Positions 57,701-64,000 of a stretch of DNA of 64,000 nucleotides are shown here, one piece after another (the stretch's first letter is position 1; every line of letters begins with the position of its first letter). The notes below the pieces were generated by a model that was not told the DNA's origin, searched no databases, and worked only from the letters and a program-made list of their open reading frames with translations. Position numbers and translations under genes: made by a program. The DNA comes from Flectonema sp. DT1601. Lineage: Eukaryota. The stretch spans positions 62,001 to 126,000 of the forward strand of contig OZ025803.1 of assembly GCA_964019425.1 (NCBI GenBank), read 5' to 3'.

Positions 57701-57996
57701 AAAAGGAATAAACAATGTTATCATTGTTTTTTTTTTATCGATCGACTATGTCGATTACTTACTATTTTCCGTCCTGGTCAAGACGCTAAACTGATTGTTT
57801 TTTCTTTAAAATAATTAAAAAGATTTAAAAAAAAAAAAAAAAAAAAAAAATGAATAAACAATGCTATCATTGTTTTTTTTTCTATCGATCAACTATGTCG
57901 ATTAATTTCTATTTTCCGTCCTGATCGAGACGCTAAACTGATTGTTTCCTTTTTTTAAATAATAAATAAGAAAAAAAAAAAAAAAAAAAAAAAAAA

Positions 57997-58405
57997 GAGC
58001 ATCTCCCTGCTATCCCTCATATCCCCACAATAATATTATACCTTTTCATTTTCTCTTTCCTTTTCTGATCTTTTTTTTTTTTCTTTTTTTTCCTTTTTCA
58101 TACAACGTTTTTTATTTATATATATATATTTTTTTTTTTTTTTTTTTTTCATGTTTGATTATTTCCTCTTCATTTTTTTTCTTCTTTTCTTTTCTTTCTT
58201 TTTTTTTTTTTTTCTCTGCCTCTCTCTTAATTCTGTTCGTTTCTTTGAAACGAAAATTCATTTGAATATTATTCCTTGGTCAGCAACCATCATTGTCGCC
58301 CTTTGGGCCTGTTAAAAAAAAATAAAAATAAAAAGAAAGTTTACATCGGGAATAGGGCAGGAGCCAAAAGCTCCCAGTCCGTTACTTCCCACTTTATCGA
58401 AATTC
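57997..58405 (+). repeat. ~410-bp block X. Other copies: 60808-61217 (+), 59046-59455 (inverted), partial 56651-56801 and 62178-62303
   Basis: gagcatctccctgctatcc...cactttatcgaaattc is near-identical between copies. Confidence 0.95.
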
Positions 58406-58887
58406 AGCTATTTTCCGTCCTGGTCAAGACGCTAAACTGATTGTTTTTTCTTTAAAATAATAAGAAGGATTAAAAAAAAAAAAAAAAAAAAAAAAGAATA
58501 AACAATGTTATCATTGTTTTTTTATCGATCGACTATGTCGATCACTTTCTATTTTCCGTCCTGGTCAAGACGCTAAACTGACTGTTTTTTTTTTTTCAAA
58601 ATTAATAAAAAAAGAATATAAAAAAAAAAAAAAAAAAAGGAATAAACAATGTTATCATTGTTTTTTTTTTTATCGATCGACTATGTCGATTAATTTCTAT
58701 TTTCCGTCCTGGTCAAGACGCTAAACTGATTGTTTTTTCTTTAAAATAATTAAAAGGATTTAAAAAAAAAAAAAAAAAAAGAATAAACAATGTTATCATT
58801 GTTTTTTTTCTATCGATCGACTATGTCGATTAATTTCTATTTTCCGTCCTGATCGAGACGCTAAACTGATTGTTTCCTTTTTTTAAA

Positions 58888-59045
58888 TACTGTAAAGGGA
58901 AATATTCTTGCGGAGAAATATTCTTGCGGGGAAATATTCCCGCGGGGAAATATTCTCGCGGATTTGGAGATTTTTTTTCAAACTCGCGGGTTTTTCCCCA
59001 CAAGAATATTTCCCTGCCACAGGGGATTTGCGAAAGCCAGCCAGT
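58888..59045. mobile_element. Left arm of a TA|CTGTAAA MITE with 16-bp subterminal repeats
   Basis: tactgtaaagggaaatattcttgcgg followed by repeated gaaatattcYYgcgg; same family as 47015-47373. Confidence 0.7.
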
Positions 59046-59239
59046 TGAATTTCGATAAAGTGGGAAGTAACGGACTGGGAGCTTTTGGCTCCTGCCCTAT
59101 TCCCGATGTAAACTTTCTTTTTATTTTTATTTTTTTTTAACAGGCCCAAAGGGCGACAATGATGGTTGCTGACCAAGGAATAATATTCAAATGAATTTTC
59201 GTTTCAAAGAAACGAACAGAATTAAGAGAGAGGCAGAGG

Positions 59240-59270
<31 letters not shown>

Positions 59271-59308
59271 GAAAAAAAAAAAATATGAAGAGGAAATAAT
59301 CAAACATG

Positions 59309-59340
<32 letters not shown>

Positions 59341-60626
59341 TAAAAAACGTTGTATGAAAAAGGAAAAAAAAGAAAAAAAAAGACCAGAAAAGGAAAGAGA
59401 AAATGAAAAGGTATAATATTATTGTGGGGATATGAGGGATAGCAGGGAGAAGCTCTTTTTTTTTTTTTTTTTTTCTTATTTATTCCTCCGACAATGCCGC
59501 AGAGTGAAGCTCTCGACCGCACGCCGACCAAGATTTTACGACAAGAGAGTCACGTTATCTCCGTTAAAAAAAAAAAAAAAAAAAGAATAAACAATGTTAT
59601 CATTGTTTTTTTTATCGATCGACTATGTCGATTACTTTCTATTTTCCGTCCTGGTCAAGACGCTAAACTGATTGTTTTTTTTTCAAAATAAAAAAAAATT
59701 TAAAAAAAAAAAATAAAAAAAAAAGAATAAACAATGTTATCATTGTTTTTTTTTCGTTCGACTTTGTTGACTAATTTCTATTTTCCGTTTTTTTTCTTTA
59801 AAAAATAAATAAAAAGAATTTAAAAAAAAAAAAAAAAAAAAAGAATAAACAATGTTATCATTGTTTTTTTTATCGATCGACTATGTCGATTACTTTCTAT
59901 TTTCCGTCCTGGTCAAGACGCTAAACTGATTGTTTTTTTTTCAAAATTAATAAAAAAGAATATAAAAAAATACAAAAAAAAGAATAAACAATGTTATCAT
60001 TGTTTTTTTTTATCGTTCGACTTTGTCGACTAATTTCTATTTTCCGTTTTTTTTCTTTAAAAAATAAATAAAAAGAATTTAAAAAAAAAAAAAAAAAAAG
60101 AATAAACAATGTTATCATTGTTTTTTTTATCGATCGACTATGTCGTTCGATCGACTATGTCGATTACTTTCTATTTTCCGTCCTGGTCAAGACGCTAAAC
60201 TGATTGTTTTTTTTTTCAAAATTAATAAAAAAGAATATAAAAAAAAAAAAAAAAAAAAAAGAATAAACAATGTTATCATTGTTTTTTTTATCGTTCGACT
60301 TTGTTGACTAATTTCTATTTTCCATTTTTTTTCTTTTTAAAAATAAATAAAAAGAATTAAATTAAAAAAAAAAAAAGAATAAACAATGTTATCATTGTTT
60401 TTTTTATCGATCGACTATGTCGATTACTTTCTATTTTCCGTCCTGGTCAGGACGCTAAACTGATTGTTTTTTCTTTAAAAATAAATAAAAAGAATAAAAA
60501 AAAAAAAAAAGGAATAAACAATGTTATCATTGTTTTTTTTTATCGATCGACTATGTCGATTACTTACTATTTTCCGTCCTGATCAAGACGCTAAACTGAT
60601 TGTTTTTTCTTTAAAATAATTAAAAA

Positions 60627-60664
<38 letters not shown>

Positions 60665-60994
60665 AATAAACAATGTTATCACTGTTTTTTTTTTTCTATC
60701 GATCGACTATGTCGATTAATTTCTATTTTCCGTCCTGATCGAGACGCTAAACTGATTGTTTCCTTTTTTTAAATAATAAATAAGAAAAAAAAAAAAAAAA
60801 AAAAAAAGAGCATCTCCCTGCTATCCCTCATATCCCCACAATAATATTATACCTTTTCATTTTCTCTTTCCTTTTCTGGTCTTTTTTTTTTTCTTTTTTT
60901 TCCTTTTTCATACAACGTTTTTTATTTATATATATATATTTTTTCTTTTTTTTTTTTTTCATGTTTGATTATTTCCTCTTCATTTTTTTCTTTC

Positions 60995-61025
<31 letters not shown>

Positions 61026-61217
61026 CTCTGCCTCTCTCTTAATTCTGTTCGTTTCTTTGAAACGAAAATTCATTTGAATATTATTCCTTGGTCAGCAACC
61101 ATCATTGTCGCCCTTTGGGCCTGTTAAAAAAAAATAAAAATAAAAAGAAAGTTTACATCGGGAATAGGGCAGGAGCCAAAAGCTCCCAGTCCGTTACTTC
61201 CCACTTTATCGAAATTC

Positions 61218-61676
61218 GAGAATACACCTATTGCGAGACAATGGTCCGAGGGTAGAATTGACTTACTCGAGAACTACTGTCGAGCAGTAGATGACTCTCT
61301 CGAAACAAACGAGAAAGCGGCAGAGCTCTCAGAACAACTTCTGGATGCCCAACTTCGCCTCTCGGAGCTGAATCACCAACGGTGTACAACTCACGCAGAG
61401 CAGCTTGAGCAATCCATGATGTTAACGGGACTGGCGAGCGATTTAAATGCTCAACTCGCCTTGGCACGGTCTCAAATAGCGGCCCTGAAGTTCCAATTAG
61501 CTTCATGGGCAGAAGGTTTGAGTCCGCCAGACACAGAAGAACATGAGGAAAATGAAACTCCGCCGAGAAAGTCTGAGCGTTCAACTCTGAAAAAACGAAC
61601 CCCTCCATCAAGATATCGTTACAATCGAAGGAGATGTTCTGCTGATGACGTTCACGGTGACTCCACCCCCTTGTAA
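61218..61676 (+). pseudogene. 5'-truncated coiled-coil ORF fragment (152 codons)
   Basis: Frame open from the block X junction: ENTPIARQWSEGRIDLLENYC...LALARSQIAALKFQL...DSTPL*. Confidence 0.45.
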
Positions 61677-62148
61677 TTCTCTTTTTCCTTACTTTCACAT
61701 CACTTTGTTTATTTAGTTTTTTAGCTTATTTATTATTTATTGTTCGTTTTTGTTTGTATTATTTTATCGATATGTTTATGTCCGTCAGATCATAACGTTA
61801 ATCAGGTTAATTGTTAATTGTTAATTATAAATGGTCTAAACCCCAATCCAAGTTCCCAAGGCTTGGCATAGATTTGAGTGACGCCTTACTGGCCTCCTCA
61901 TCCTCTATGAGTGGTGAGGGGGCCAGCAATGGTAGGCTTATTATTTTCCGTCCTGGTCAAGACGCTAAACTGATTGTTTTTTCTTTAAAATAATTAAAAA
62001 GATTTAAAAAAAAAAAAAAAAAAAAAAATGAATAAACAATGTTATCATTGTTTTTTTTTCTATCGATCGACTATGTCGATTAATTTCTATTTTCCGTCCT
62101 GATCGAGACGCTAAACTGATTGTTTCCTTTTTTTAAATAATAAATAAG

Positions 62149-62181
<33 letters not shown>

Positions 62182-62303
62182 ATCTCCCTGCTATCCCTCA
62201 TATCCCCACAATAATATTATACCTTTTCATTTTCTCTTTCCTTTTCTGGTCTTTTTTTCTTTTCTTTTTTTCCTTTTTCATACAACGTTTTTTATTTATA
62301 TAT

Positions 62304-64000
62304 TAGTCATTCCAAAAATAACCGGCCGCGAAAACCAGTTTTGCTTCGAGCAGCCGTTGGTCAAAAATGCATCCATTTTCGAGATTTTTTTACGAGGTGG
62401 AAAGGTTCGGCCCCAATCTCTCATTTTACGCGGTGGGATTATTTTTTTTTCACTTTTTTTACTGACCGTTGGAACCCGACAGGTGCGTTATGGGTACTAA
62501 GAGAATGTCACTGCCGGCACGGAAAAGTTAATCCTGTTGCTGCATTTAATTTTTTTCTGGAAAAAAAAGGGAAATGCATCAGAGATTGGCATTTTTTCTC
62601 GTAACTACACTTATTATTCCCTTCAGCACCAGCTTAAACTTCTCTCAATGAAGTGTCACACGTGCCACGAGATGCCAGCTGAGTATGTCGTCGCGGATTT
62701 GCCAGGACCGGTAATGAGGACGCTAGATCGGAGTGGGACAAAAGGCAACATCTGCATCGCATGCCTCCGGAAATACAAACACTTCGGGAATACAAGAACC
62801 GACAAGGCGTGCTCCTCAGACAACTACAACTGCACCTCGCACACTAACGCGAAAAGACGGAATCCGAAGTTCAACAAGCTTCTTGAGCCACCCTGCCGTG
62901 ACTTCGCGGTAGTCTTGAAATCCCCGGCGTATGCTCCTCTGCGCTCAATCTGCAACGCTTGCTACCAGCGAGCAAAAAGGCTGACTAGTGATCCGCATTA
63001 CGCATCCGTCAGTATCCCTGCAGAGCCGATCAATCCGGAACCGCTCTCAGATATTTTTGAACGTGTGAAAGAATCAGTTCCTGCTGTCCGTTCTCAGTTT
63101 TTGAGACTCTGTCTCACGCTAGGCTACACTGATAGCCAGATTAATGCCCATGTCAGGGATTCTTCAATGCGTAAGCAGCTACAGAGGCTGGAACAGCACG
63201 ATCCCTCCCAATCAGTAAAGCAGCGCAGCCAAGACAGAGATATCTGGAACTTCTGGATTTCCAATGCACGCCCTGAGTCAAACCGCGTGGTCCTCAGCAA
63301 AGACTACATAACCGGCGAGACAAGTAAAGAGACAGTCCTCTATGTAAGAGAACCATACCTTGCCTTGTGGAGTGCCTTCTGCAGAACTCACGCAGCTATC
63401 TCATATGCTCAGTTTTGTGACAAAAGGCCTGCTCATGTCAAATCTTGTCCGAATAACCCTCGATGCCGTTGCAGGTGGCACATGCAAATTGCACTTATCC
63501 TTCCTGCTTATATAAGACTTGTGGGCCTGAGAAGATTTCAGCTAACCCGCTTGAGTGACCTACCACTCATACTATGTCGAGACCCGTCTTACAACTGCTT
63601 CTTTGGCCACTGCAACCAATGCAGGCCGTTGAACTTATTCTATCCCAAGGCGTTAAAATCCTGTGGATCAAAAATAGTTGAATACCAGACGTTAGGAAAC
63701 GTTAAAATTGAAAGGGCGCAGGTTATGAGACCTACATATCGCGAGGTTGCGCTGAAGCAATTTGTAGATGTGTTTCACACAGAGGTCTCGAAGTATTTGA
63801 AACACCACCACGCTCATCTTACATGTGTTGCAGCTAGGCAACAATTAACTTCTCACATTGGGGAGCACGACTGCGTACTGTACCTCGACTATGCTGCGAA
63901 GTATGTGCACGAGGTTTTCGAGCAGCTTCAAACGGACAACTATAATAAGTCCAAAACTTCGATATTTGTGGCGATGATCGGAACGCGTAAAAATGGCCAA
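62304..64000 (+). mobile_element. Left part of a Sola2-like DNA transposon
   Basis: Abrupt junction in the TA tract of block X (tagtcattccaaaa...), followed by the transposase ORF. Confidence 0.65.
62648..64000 (+). CDS. Sola2-like DDD transposase (3' partial, >451 aa)
   Basis: Not on the ORF track (no stop in window). N-terminal CxxC pairs; ISYAQFCDKRPAHV, CRCRWH, CFFGHCNQC, YLKHH; VLYLDYAAKY...EQLQTDNY corresponds to the Sola2 DFAENY...EIQSxHW motif. Confidence 0.75.
   Translation, partial: MKCHTCHEMPAEYVVADLPGPVMRTLDRSGTKGNICIACLRKYKHFGNTRTDKACSSDNYNCTSHTNAKRRNPKFNKLLEPPCRDFAVVLKSPAYAPLRSICNACYQRAKRLTSDPHYASVSIPAEPINPEPLSDIFERVKESVPAVRSQFLRLCLTLGYTDSQINAHVRDSSMRKQLQRLEQHDPSQSVKQRSQDRDIWNFWISNARPESNRVVLSKDYITGETSKETVLYVREPYLALWSAFCRTHAAISYAQFCDKRPAHVKSCPNNPRCRCRWHMQIALILPAYIRLVGLRRFQLTRLSDLPLILCRDPSYNCFFGHCNQCRPLNLFYPKALKSCGSKIVEYQTLGNVKIERAQVMRPTYREVALKQFVDVFHTEVSKYLKHHHAHLTCVAARQQLTSHIGEHDCVLYLDYAAKYVHEVFEQLQTDNYNKSKTSIFVAMIGTRKNGQ

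Larger units (their letters stand above)
52210..62177. repeat. Interrupted AT-rich satellite: ~100-125-bp monomers (roughly 50), two main types
   Basis: Core aataaacaatgttatcattgt(n)atcgatcgactatgtcgattactttctattttccgtcctggtcaagacgctaaactgattg. Blocks at ~52210-52482, 53386-53996, 54768-56640, 56802-57996, 58408-58887, 59566-60807 and 61942-62177. Confidence 0.97.

Noticed and set aside
52210..62177. CRISPR array
   Set aside because: Eukaryotic context, no cas genes, and the inter-repeat sequence is variable-length A/T tract rather than unique spacers.
52210..62177. Spliced-leader, 5S or hammerhead-ribozyme tandem array
   Set aside because: No SL-like exon ending TTG|GT, no 5S sequence and no CUGANGA/GAAA core recognised on either strand.
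54035..62604. ORFs inside the satellite, block X and the G-rich element
   Set aside because: Translations of repeats with no coding signal.

Overview
Eukaryotic, AT-rich nuclear DNA, most likely a non-trypanosomatid euglenozoan (diplonemid-like). The assignment rests on a nuclear ATP synthase subunit c that closely resembles the trypanosome form, about 20 genes co-oriented on the minus strand over 1-49.2 kb, and short GT-AG cis-introns. Recognisable genes: a degenerate SET protein, a ~3000-aa LRR/pseudo-papain/hemopexin/discoidin protein, MTHFSD-like, a transglutaminase-like protein, an SGNH hydrolase with an Arg-Val tail, quinolinate synthase NadA, a START protein, glyoxalase I (frameshifted), a SNF2 helicase, a DHHC palmitoyltransferase, TMEM237-like, YJU2, a UBE2Q-like E2 and ATP9. 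From ~46.4 kb onward the window becomes a repeat zone. It holds MITEs, a decayed viral-type PLA2 gene and a ~10-kb A-tract/triple-hairpin satellite (52.2-62.2 kb). The satellite is interleaved with foreign pieces: scrambled LSU rRNA, tRNA-like heads, a TIR element with G-rich repeats, a 410-bp block and an ORF fragment. The window ends in an apparently intact Sola2-like transposase. All calls are by eye; no searches were run.
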